From Eledone cirrhosa (taxonomy: Eukaryota), in the NCBI GenBank assembly GCA_964016885.1, contig OZ024741.1, positions 181,536,001-181,600,000 of the forward strand: DNA of 64,000 nucleotides, written 5' to 3'. The notes below the pieces were generated by a model, which had not been told where the DNA came from, made no database searches, and was given only the letters and a program-made list of their open reading frames with translations. Positions within the stretch are counted from its first letter, which is position 1. The number at the start of each line of letters is the position of its first letter. Position numbers and translations under genes: made by a program. Shown piece after piece: positions 40,696-51,940 of the stretch.

Positions 40696-40754
40696 ACCCT
40701 AGTAATAATAGCAGCAGAAGAAGTAGTAGTAGTAGTAATAGTAGTATCAGCAGC

Positions 40755-40794
<40 letters not shown>

Positions 40795-40795
<1 letters not shown>

Positions 40796-40912
40796 TCTGA
40801 GTTCAAATCCCGCCGAGGTTAACTTGACCTTTCATCCTTACGGGGTCGATAAAATAAAGTACCAGTAATGCACTCGGTAATTGCTGGCCTTCTGCCAAAA
40901 GTAGAAACAATT
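40795..40912 (+). mobile_element. SINE 3' portion in (TTA)n
   Basis: Same core and tail as 56368-56552. Confidence 0.8.
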
Positions 40913-40933
40913 ACTATTATTATTATTATTATT

Positions 40934-43900
40934 GAGTCTGAACGGACGTCTTTTTGCTCACTCCCGTAAGTTCATTTATTTACCTGTCAAAACTTATTTA
41001 TTGAATTTTTTGTTGTTCTGTAAGGCATACAAGCCCTTGGACTTTTCCCTGTGAAGAGGAAAGAATAATATTTGGGCCTTTTGGCCCAAATATTTGAACT
41101 TTTTTACATTTTAAAAAATTATCGAGAAAAAAACAAAAAAAAACATGGCTGAGCCACGCCCCCCAACGATATGTCTGCTGTCGTGCGACAACGACGTAGA
41201 AGTTGAGAGGAGCGCTACGGCGAAATTAACAGAAATTGATACAAAAAACACCACTACAAACAATGTGAACAAAGACAGCAATGATAACAACACTGAGAAC
41301 TCTAATTTTGAAAAAAATGACACTAACAGCGACAACGGAAATACAGATAACAAAAATAATGACAAATACAACAACAATATCAACACCACTAACATGAAAA
41401 CAAATAGCGACAACACAACAGCAACAATACCAACTGCACCGAGAACAACGGCGGCACCGAAGACAACAATGATAACAGCAACAGTGATAACAACAACACC
41501 AACAAGAACAACGACAACAACAACAACAACACCCCCAACGACAACAAGAAGAACACTTTCGCTGCGGCAGCAGCAAAAAAGAGGCCATGCTTCAACATGG
41601 ACCTCTCAAACAAAGATGAAAAGTTGGCCCAGGCCTGGAAGCTCATCAAACAAGAGCAAACTTGGGCCAACTTAACTGTCCCGGTAGAAGCTATAGAGGC
41701 AGTGGAGCGCAGAACGGTGCATTATAGATGCATCTCAGCACAAACCAAAAGGACAGCTTTAATTCCACAAGCAGATGTCGAAGTCGCGCTGAGGTATATC
41801 AGAGAAGACACCGAATACATAGCGAAGGGCAAACAGTACGGCACCATTTCGGTGCTGTTCAAGTCAGAAGCCCTCTCTATGAAACACGCTATGACTCCTT
41901 GCAAAACCAGCAAGGTTATTATGTACCCCTCCCACTTGGGAAAAAGAACGGCCCGTCTCCGCATTCCCAGAATCCCACCAGGACTTAACATGTGGTTCTG
42001 GGATGTGTGATTGTGGAGGGGACGGATACCGTTCCGATAGAAGTGACCAGAAGGGCCAGAGAGGACTGGTCCGGGGTTGACCTGGAGATCCTTCTCCAGA
42101 TCAGGCCTGAGAATGTGAAGACAATCCCGGACCACATCCGCCTTCAGAATGGGACGGTCATTCATATTATGACCGAGGTCAAAAGGCCGCATTGTTTGGG
42201 GATAAAATCCATTTACGTCCTTCTGCCCTCAACTGCTGAAAGATGCAAGGGGTAGAAAGCCTCCACTGCTGCCGACGCCGGGGCGAGGATCACAACCAAC
42301 ACCAGCACCAGCAAAACCACCAACAACACCACCAATAGAAAGACCACCACCAACATTGACCACCCAGGGGGGAAACGAGTAAACTTGTCAAATTCCCCCT
42401 CCCCCCCCAAAATACACACACCAATAAAAACATAAACACACAGACACACTTACAGATACAGACCCCTCATCTACCAGTAGTGAAGATGAGGGAAAACCCA
42501 AATCCCCCAAAATACAAAAAAGGAAACACAAAAAGAAAAAAAATTCAACAAAGCACAAAATCACCCACAATAAAAAATGCAGACACCACCCACGCAAACA
42601 TCTCTCCAATAACACCAACATCAACACCACCATCACCATCACCAGAATCCCCCAAACGCAAACAACCTAAACAGACACAAGAACAAATACACACACAAAC
42701 ATCTGAAACCACAGACACCGCACTCACAGCAAACACAGACACACCGAAACAACACCACCAAAACCATCACCACCACAGCCACGCAAACAAAAAAAATCGC
42801 ACCAACAAATCATACAAAACTTCGTGCTCGTCAGGAGGGCCAACAAGGAACGAATGGCCCGCGTAGCACGAAGTGGAAATATACAAAAAGAGGGGGAAAT
42901 TTTTAAATCGAGCACATTTCGCGTGCCGGAAGATTTGTTTCTGGTGCGAATGTGGCTTGATTTATACAAAGAGATACGAGACATCTTCCCTCGAGACGTG
43001 GGAACCCCGAACGTAAAACCCACTTCAAGACTTTTAAAGGAGTTCCCAAAAGAAACCCCACCAACTATGGAGGTCGAACCACCCAACCTTCACAAGAGCC
43101 CGGAAGGTAAGTAAACCTTTCCTCTCTCTCTTTTAACCTGCCAACATGGCCGTATTAAGAGTAGGAAGTTTAAATGTTCGAGGCCTGGGATCGTCCTGGA
43201 AGCAGGGTCACCTGCTCAATGACCTCAGGTTTCTAGCAATGGATGTAATTTCCGTCAGTGAGACCAGGATTTCCGACACGCGCGCACTAGCCTCCATTTT
43301 CGACGACTATCAGATCTTTGCATCTGTTAGCCGGCCGGGAATGGGAGGCGGGTTGCAGTGCTGTTTAAGAAAGGCCTGGATCTCGAGGTAAGGTCGATCT
43401 TCCGGAACCCGGACGGAAAGTTGGTGGTCCTGGACGCGAACAATAAAGCAGGTGGTGCCTTTAGACTGGTGGCCGTCTATGCCCCTACTGGGGAAGGACG
43501 GCCGGACTTCTTTAGACGCCTGGAAGCCTTTCTGGGTACGTCTCGCCCTTTACTGTTAGCGGGGGACTGGAGCGGCATCTTAGACGCACGCTGGGACTGT
43601 GTGGGAGTATCCGATAGGAACGGGGGGGGGGGGGGGGGTGCAAAAGCCTCAAGAACCTAATCAGCCAGTTCCAACTATCTTACAAGTACCGATTAGATTT
43701 CCCTAATGCGCCAGTGTGGGTCTGGACTAACCGCATAGGGTCATCTAGATCGTACATAGACAGGATATTCATTATGAAAATAGACAGAAATAGTGTAAGC
43801 TGTCCACGTTTTAAAACGGTCGCCTATTCAGATCACAAGTTTGTGATCTGTATGGTCGACCTAGATAAAACGCGTAGGTTAGGACCTGGTTACTGGAAGC

Positions 43901-46760
43901 TAAACATGTCATTTCCGGCACGTAAGGCTTACAGGGACCAGGTCAACAATTTAGTTAAGAAAAAGTTGACAGGGGGAGTCGTCAACAATGGATGGTGGGG
44001 GGCTCTCAAAAGAGAGATTAGAGTAATGTCAACAGAGTGTAGCAAAGAAGTAGCGTTAGAGAAAAATAGAAAGGCGAGAATGGCATTAGACCATTTCTTC
44101 AATGCGAAACACGAATGTTGCATTGTCAGAGCTAAAGCGCGTGCTCTGAGAAACGAGGGAACCAAAGATGTTCGATGGGACCGCGTGGCAGAGGCGCAGC
44201 GTGGTAATAAAACCACGATTCGGTCTTTGATGGACCGAGACGGACACGAGCTGAGCGATTCCAAGCGGATGTGTGAGGCCTTTCGCCAACATTTTGCTCG
44301 GTTGTTCGGGGGAAGTGGCATGTCGGAGACGGTGGAGGACTTCAGTCCCTACCTCGATGACTTGCCGCAACTCTCGACGGCTGACGCTGGGCGCTGCGAA
44401 AGGCCAATTACTTCAGCCGAGATTAAGGATGCCCTTGTCGGCTGCATGAGGCGCAAGTCACCCGGTTTGGATGGTCTGCCCTACGAGCTTTACGTAAATA
44501 TGCCAGACATGTTCTCCAATCTCATCGAAGCCCTCTACTGCAACTGGTAGCAAAACGGGAGTATTCCCAGTTCTGTGAGCCGGGGCGTAGTGACGCTGAT
44601 ATGGAAAGACGAGAACAAGAGGAACACATTAGACAATTTCAGACCCATAACTCTGCTCAACACAGAGTTTAAGATTTTGGCCAGGGTGTTAGCGAAGAGG
44701 TTGGCGCTTGTCATCGGGGATTTGGTTGGGGAGGCGCAAACTTGCGCAATCCCAATCAGGTCCATACACGACAACCTCCACCTAATGCAATACATCATAG
44801 AGAGGGTAGGGTGTAAACCTGGCTTCGGTGGGGCTCTGATCAATTTAGATTAATAGAAAGCATTCGATAGGGTCGACCATCGGTACCTGAAGGCTGTCCT
44901 CAAGGCGGCTGGCTTCGGCCCCGTCTTCAGAAGCTGGATCGCTGCAATGCACAACGGCACCTGCTCGGTGGTCAAAATTAATGGCCACATCTCGGAACCG
45001 TTTCAGGTCTCCCGATCGGTCCGTCAAGGGTGCCCTCTCTCCTCCTTTCTGTACGTATTGGCTCTCGAGCCTTTACTGCGGGAGCTGGAGCTGTTGCAGG
45101 GCATCCAACTTGAACCGGGACTCGGAAAGGCTGTGTCGGCTTATGCGGACGACATCACCGTGATGGTGTCGGACACCTCAGAAATCGAGGTGGTCGGCAA
45201 CTTATTGGAGGAATATGAAAGGTTGACGGGAGCAAAACTTAACCCGGAAAAGTCGGTGGGCTTGCAGCTCGGCACCTGGAGAGGCAAGTCCATGCCGTCC
45301 AACAGCGTCGTTAGGCGCTGGACGGACGGACCGGTAAAGCTGCTCGGGGTTTGGTTCGGGCCAGACCTCCAGGTGGATAAGAATTGGAACGAGGTGACGG
45401 GCAGGGTAGCCAGTCTCACCCAGAAATGGGCTGGGAGGAATCTATCACTGAAAGGTCGGGCGGAGGTGGCGAACGCGTACATCGCGTCCGTCATCTACTA
45501 CCGTCTGACCGTCGTCCCTTGCCCCCGTTCGCGCCTCGCCATCTTGGAGCGGCTCCTCTTCAAATTCTTGTGGAGGGGTCAGGTTCCGCTGGTGAGGCGG
45601 CCCATCTGCTGCCAGCACCCTCTACGTGGAGGGCTGGGCATGCCGTGGCTAATGATGCGCAGACACGCGCTGAGGCTGCGGCATCTCCAGATATTCTGCC
45701 TAAACAGTGAACAGGTGTGGTCGCCGATTGTCAGACGGGCCTTTCCGCAGCTCGTCTCTTTGACTGAGCTGCAGTCCTCGGTCAAGAAGAGACCGAGACT
45801 GGGTGACTGGCATCTGGAATGTTGCCAGGCACTCACTGCTCTCTACCAGGCGGGCAATGCGGTCAGTGGAACTTCCACTCTCGAGTTCTGTAGAGGATTA
45901 GTGGTGGGAAAGTGCGACTACACACTCGGAGAGTGTCTGGGAGTCGACGAAGTCGATCTAACCAGTCTGTTCCGGAGGACTTTCGAGTCGGGGACGATGG
46001 ATAATTTCCAAAAATCCCTCGCTTGGCAGTGCTACCGGGGGGTACTGCCGGTTCGAGATAAACTCTACAGGCACGGAAGTTCTGTCAGACAGACCTGCCC
46101 GAGATGCACGCAGAGCGACGAAACCGTTCTGCACGCACTCGTCCAGTGTCCGTGCATTACTGACTTGTGGAGTTATGTTGAACAGCTGTTGTCGCGCGTA
46201 GAACGGATCCGGCTATCGGCCGAGTCCATAGTGAAGATCGACCGGCCGCCTTCTTTTGGCCAGGAAGGGCAGGCAATTTTCCTCTGTCTGGTGGCGGTAG
46301 CGAAAGAGGTTGTATGGTGGACGAGGTTGAAAGGACTGAAGACAGACACTTTTCTCTTCGGCCAATCCCTCATCAACTTTTTCAAGTTTCACTTGGAAAG
46401 GAAGGTGAGGGTGGAGAGAGAAGTGCTGCCCCCAGTACATTTGCTGAAAGGTGGATGAATGTGGCGAGAATGGCCAGTGTGAGTGGGCCTACTCTGGTCA
46501 TGTGGCTGTAGGTGGGTAAATTTGAGGAGGAGAGGGGGTGCCTTTAGGGTGCTCTCGAAGCGTCGGGTCATTCAGGATTGGTGGGGTACCTGAGCGAACC
46601 CTGAGTGGTCATCGCCCCTATTGGCGAATTTTCTTGTATTTTTCTTGTTACTTTGTTATTGTTATCCATATTGTTTACTCGATTTTTCTGTAAAACCCCA
46701 CTGTCCCAGTCTTTTGTATTGTCCCCTATATGTCGGCCCTTGTGGCCAATAAATAAAATC
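40934..46760 (+). mobile_element. Tx1-like LINE copy 3 (most divergent subfamily), full length, degenerate
   Basis: ORF1 pieces 41145-43114 ending SPEGK*. ORF2 from ATG 43146 (LNVRGL, VSETR, SDH, QGCPLS, YADD, CPRC..H..C). Ends ccaataaataaaatc then ATT-rich tract. Confidence 0.92.
44947..46458 (+). pseudogene. Tx1 ORF2 RT and C-terminal part
   Basis: VRQGCPLS, AYADDIT, VKLLGVW, GGLGMP, CPRCTQSDETVLHALVQC. Confidence 0.88.
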
Positions 46761-46785
46761 ATTAATATTATTATTATTATTATTA

Positions 46786-49700
46786 CAGTTGCATTTATCT
46801 TGCTTTATGTTCATACGAGTTATCACCAAGTCACAGCCAGTGACCTCAAGAGACAACAAGTTCCGCCATGTTCAAGAAAGAACATACATACTCACACATG
46901 CATCTTTAGTGTTTAGACTTGTGATGTACTTATATTGACATAATCTTCCTTAGTATATGGGCAGTTCCCATTAGTACTATCTTTTGTATTTCTCCTATAC
47001 GCGGGTTTCCTGGGATTTGCGATAAGTAATCATTAGACCCCTTAGGTATCATTCCCAGAGCGCCTACAACCACTGGTATTGTTTTAGTTCTCAATTTCCA
47101 CATTTTTCCAATTTTTATCTCCAGGTCCTTATACTTGCTCAATTTTTCAAATGTTTTTATAGATACATTCTTGTCTATTGGAACGGACATATCAATTAGC
47201 AGGCATACCCTCTTTTTGAAGTCCTTCAATATTATATCAGGTCTATTTGCATCTATTTTTCGGTCTGTTTGGATGCTAAAGTTCCACAAGATTGAGAAGT
47301 GATCTTTTTCAAGTATGGGAGGTGGTTGATGCTCCCACCAATTCTTTTGATGGGGCAGGTCAAAATGCTTACACATTATCCAATGTATGTATTGTGCAGC
47401 TCTGTCATGCCTGTTTAGGTATTCGGTTGGAGCTATAGGACTGCACATTGAAATTATATGGTCAATGGTCTCTGGTTGTTTTTTGCATACACGGCATAAT
47501 GGGCTGCATCCATTTTTTATTATGTTGGCTTGGTAATTTTTTGTTGGCAGACACTGATCTTGTGCAGTCTCCGATTTCAGTCCAGAGGATGCTAACCACT
47601 GATGGGTTAAAGTTTTGTCAACATCAGGATTGTTAGCTCGCTCTGGGTATTTTCCATACAGAGGCTTTTCTTGCCATTTCTTAGCCAGTTTCTGTAGCAG
47701 TTCTTTCTTTGCAGTTACTTTTACCTGCTTTGATTTTTCTGTGTTTTCCATTTCAGCAGTAAATGGGACTTCTGAAATTTGTAGTCCATTACTGTATCTT
47801 TGTGCATCTTTTGTAATGGAATATGATCTTTTGATGATTTCGTGTTTCAAAACGAGTTTGATCATCCAATCATGTGATTCCCTTAGATATGTAGATAATC
47901 CAATTGTTGCAGTTTTCAACGCAATGTCTAACTGTATTAACCCACGTCCTCCTTCTTTCCTAGGGAGATATAATCTATCTATATCTGCCTTAGGGTGATG
48001 CATTCTGTGCATGGTTAAGAATTTTCGAATTTTTGTATCGAGCCTACGGATCTCTGTGCTTGACCAGTTGATGACATTGTAACTGTAGGTTACTACTGGT
48101 ATGGCAAGCGTGTTTATGGCATCGATCCTATTCCTTGCATTCAATTTCGTTCTTAAGATTGCTCTTACTCTGCGGTAACATTCCTTCCTTATCCTTTCCC
48201 TCATTGTCGAGTGCTTGATTCCGTCTCCTTCACAAACACCTAGATATTTGTAAGTTTTTTCTTGATCAAGTTCTCTTATCACGTTCCCCCGATCAAGATT
48301 AATGTCTGAACTCTTCAGCAGCTTTCCTCTGGTGAACGTTGCTTTGGCACATTTATCTAGTCCAAACTCCATTTTAATGTCATCACTGAACTGCCCCACA
48401 GTGGATAATAGCCCTTGCAATTGTTCATCATTTTTTGCAAATAGTTTCAGGTCATCCATGTAGAACAGGTGATTAATGGTTTTGTCATAGACTTTATATC
48501 CATGTTTTGTTTCATTGAGCATTTTACTTAATGGTATAAGTGCGATGCAGAATAAAAGCGGTGATAAAGAATCACCCTGAAAAATTCCACAATTAATATT
48601 AACTTCTCCAGCTTCCAGTGATTTTGTTTCACTATTCAAAAGGAGTGTCGTTTTCCATGTCTTCATACTGAATGACAAAAACCTCCTGACAACGGGGGAT
48701 ATTTTGAAAATCTCTAAACATTTTTCAATCCAACTGTGTGGCAAACTATCGAATGCTTTTTTATAATCTATCCAAGCAATTGATAGATTTTTGTGTCTAT
48801 TATGACAATCTTCCAGTATCATTTTGTTAACCAGAAGCTGATCTTTACAGTCATATGAGCCTCGTTTACACCCTTTCTGCTCAATGGGAAATAGGTCATG
48901 TCATCAGGTGGTCATATGTGTATTCAGTTAGGACTGATGTTAAAATTTTATACATTGTGGTCAAGCAAGTTATCGGTCTGTAATTTTTGGGATTGTTTGT
49001 CTCATCATTCTTCGGAAGCAGGAATGTAATGCCGTTAACTAGCCATGATGGTATCTTTTCTGGCTCCTTAACTATTTCATTGTAAAGTTGGGCTAACAGC
49101 TCATGAGACTCTGTGAAGGCATTTATCCAAAAGTTTTGTATTTTGTCTTTTCCTGGGGATTTCCATTTGCTGGTTTTTCTTAGAGCCAAGCGCAACTGTT
49201 CAACTGTTATATTTTCCCATATTTGTTCCTCAAGGTGAGCTGTATCTTTCATTTGTCTGTCTATCCATGGGGCATGTATGTTATGAACCTTTTCTTCGGC
49301 CCAGATCTTTTCCCAGAATTCTTGCACTTCCTCCTTGGGTGGTATTGATTTAGAAGTTATTGTTGACTTACCAATTTTTCTGTAGAAGTTTCTTTGGTTG
49401 TTTTTGAACATATTATTGTCCTTATAGAATCTAGATCGTTTTTCAAAGCGCCTTATACGAGCAGCTTTGGCCGACACTTTTTGCTTGATTATTTCTATCA
49501 GCATGTCTATGTCACATGTTGATTTTATACTGTACTTTTTTTTCAATTTTCTAAGTTTAGTTTGTTTAACATGTTCACCTACTTTATAGTTTGTTAAAAT
49601 TTCTATGTCAGATCGGAGAAGGTTTATTTGGCGATTGATGTTCTCTTGCCAAGTAGATTTCTTGTGGGAATTCCTTTGTTTTTTCATCTTCACTCCACAT

Positions 49701-49828
49701 AAGTGAGTGGTGACTTTAGCCGATGCATAATAGAGATGATTTAAACCAGTAATGTTTAGTTTGTTTGTGATGATAATGTTTTTGAGAATTATGTTAGTCT
49801 TGTGTATTATCTTTTGGTTCTGTTTGGA

Positions 49829-49830
<2 letters not shown>
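46786..49830 (-). mobile_element. Dong-B copy 2, 5'-truncated, flanked by (TTA)n
   Basis: Near-identical to 9156-12200. Confidence 0.92.
46930..48822 (-). CDS. Dong-B RT + CCHC + restriction-like endonuclease (630-aa open segment)
   Basis: FQGDSLSP, YMDD, CRVCKKQPETIDHIISMC, RHD, RPDIILKD, LIDMSVP, EKLSKY. Confidence 0.9.
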   Translation of the reverse strand: MILEDCHNRHKNLSIAWIDYKKAFDSLPHSWIEKCLEIFKISPVVRRFLSFSMKTWKTTLLLNSETKSLEAGEVNINCGIFQGDSLSPLLFCIALIPLSKMLNETKHGYKVYDKTINHLFYMDDLKLFAKNDEQLQGLLSTVGQFSDDIKMEFGLDKCAKATFTRGKLLKSSDINLDRGNVIRELDQEKTYKYLGVCEGDGIKHSTMRERIRKECYRRVRAILRTKLNARNRIDAINTLAIPVVTYSYNVINWSSTEIRRLDTKIRKFLTMHRMHHPKADIDRLYLPRKEGGRGLIQLDIALKTATIGLSTYLRESHDWMIKLVLKHEIIKRSYSITKDAQRYSNGLQISEVPFTAEMENTEKSKQVKVTAKKELLQKLAKKWQEKPLYGKYPERANNPDVDKTLTHQWLASSGLKSETAQDQCLPTKNYQANIIKNGCSPLCRVCKKQPETIDHIISMCSPIAPTEYLNRHDRAAQYIHWIMCKHFDLPHQKNWWEHQPPPILEKDHFSILWNFSIQTDRKIDANRPDIILKDFKKRVCLLIDMSVPIDKNVSIKTFEKLSKYKDLEIKIGKMWKLRTKTIPVVVGALGMIPKGSNDYLSQIPGNPRIGEIQKIVLMGTAHILRKIMSI

Positions 49831-49909
<79 letters not shown>

Positions 49910-49917
49910 GTTGTTAT

Positions 49918-51488
49918 TCCTTGAATCTCAATCATTGATGTTGGTTAACTGGAAAGTCCGTTGGAATGAATATCAAGCCACTACCTGCAGCCTCAGATAT
50001 TCAGGACGTATCGGAGCGTTCTTGCTGTTCCAAGCAAGCATGCCTTTTGAAGCGTTCCAAAAAGCGTGAAGGGGCCGATTTTCTTTAACCATCCCTGGAA
50101 ACTTTTGGAGATTGTCCCCAGTGCGCCTATGACAATCGGGATCACTTTGACTTCATGGCAGTTCCAAATCCTTTTCACCTCCCACTTTAGGTCCTGTTAT
50201 CGGTTAATTTTCTCCCTCTCCTTCTCTTGCACTCTCGTGTCGAAAGGGCAGGCCACATCCACAATCAGGCACGATCTTTTTTCTTTGTCCACAACCACCA
50301 GGTCAGGTCTATTGTGTTCCAGTTTTTTGTCCGTCTGTATCCTAAAATCCCACAGCACCTTCACCTGATTGTTCTCCATCACCGCCTCTGGCCTATGCTC
50401 ATACCATTTCTCAGAATGTGGTAAATTGTTTACTTTGCACAGGTGCCAGTGGATCACCCTGCCCATCACATCGTGTCTCCAGCCCTTATAGTGGGTCTGG
50501 GCTAGGTGTTTACACTCGGACACAATGTGAGCCACAGTCTCCTCTCTCTCTCCACAGATCCTGCACAGTGGGCTAGCCTCCTCCTTGTAGATATGGTGCT
50601 TCAACCACTTTGTTTTGAGGGCCTGCTCCTGCGCAGCCATTAGCATTCCTTCTGTAGCCTTTTTGAGGTCTCCTCTTCTCAACCAGTTCCATGTCTGTGG
50701 ATCTCTAAATTCAGTTTTCTCAAAGAAGGTACTATGAAGGGATTTTCCCTTAAGGCTGCTCTTCCTCCTTGATGTTATTTCCTCCTTGGACATCCCCTGA
50801 CCTACTGTCCCCTCCTTCAGTACAGTTCTGAGCATTGGCTCCTTACTATAGGTCACGTATTTGTATAGGTTGTTTTTCTCCATCTGAACACAGTCCTCTA
50901 TGCTGATAAGACCTCTTCCACCCTCAGATCTCCTTAGGTAGAGTCTATCGACATCACTCCTCTTGTGGAACATGTTGTAGATAGTCAATAGCTTCCTAGT
51001 CTTCCTATCCATTTCTTTTTGTTCAGCAACATTCCATCTCAGAATTCCCGCACTGTACCTAATAATAGACACAGCTCGGGAATTTACTGCGCTTATGGCA
51101 TTTCTGCTGTTCAGATGTGACTTCAATACGCTCCTTACTCTCCGAATGTATTCAGTTCTTAACAATTCCTTCATTTTTTTGTTCTTTATGCCATCAGCCT
51201 CCAGAACGCCCAAATACTTGTATCCTTCCTCAGAGTCAATTTCCTTTATCATCTCACCTGTTGGTATCTGGATCCCGTTACTTCTGCTCAACCTACCCCT
51301 CCTCATCACAATGACTCCACATTTACTAATACCAAACTGCATACATATATCACTGCTGAAAATACGGACAGTGTCAACAAGCACATCCAACTCCTTCTCA
51401 CTTTTCCCGAAGAGCTTAAGATCGTCCATGAAGAGGAGGTGATTGATGGTAAGCTCTCCCTTTCCCAACTTGTATCCTGCTCTCACTT
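49918..51488 (-). mobile_element. Dong-A copy, 5'-truncated (RT C-half, CCHC, RLE)
   Basis: ORF 50197-51486: FMDDLKL, CRICGEREETVAHIVSEC, RHD, RPDLVVVD, IVDVACP. (TTA)n on both sides. Confidence 0.9.
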
Positions 51489-51502
51489 ATTATTATTATT
51501 AT

Positions 51503-51864
51503 TTGCATTTATCTTGCTTTATGTTTATACGAGTTATCACCAAGTCACAACCAGTGACCTCAAGAGACAACAAGGTCCGCCATGTTCAAGAAAGAACACA
51601 CATATTCACACATGCATCCTTAGTGTTTAGACTTGTGATGTACTTATATTGACAGGATCTTCCTTAGTATATGGGCAGTTCCCATTAGTACTATCTTTTG
51701 TATTTCTCCTATACGCGGGTTTCCTGGGATTTGCGATAAGTAGTCGTTAGACCCCTTAGGTATCATTCCCAGAGCGCCTACAACCACTGGTATTGTTTTA
51801 GTTCTCAATTTCCACATTTTTCCAATTTCTATCTCCAGGTCCTTATACTTGCTCAATTTTTCAA
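51503..51864 (-). mobile_element. Dong-B 3' fragment
   Basis: Matches 9160-9520; (TTA)n on both sides. Confidence 0.9.
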
Positions 51865-51931
<67 letters not shown>

Positions 51932-51940
51932 GTTATTATT

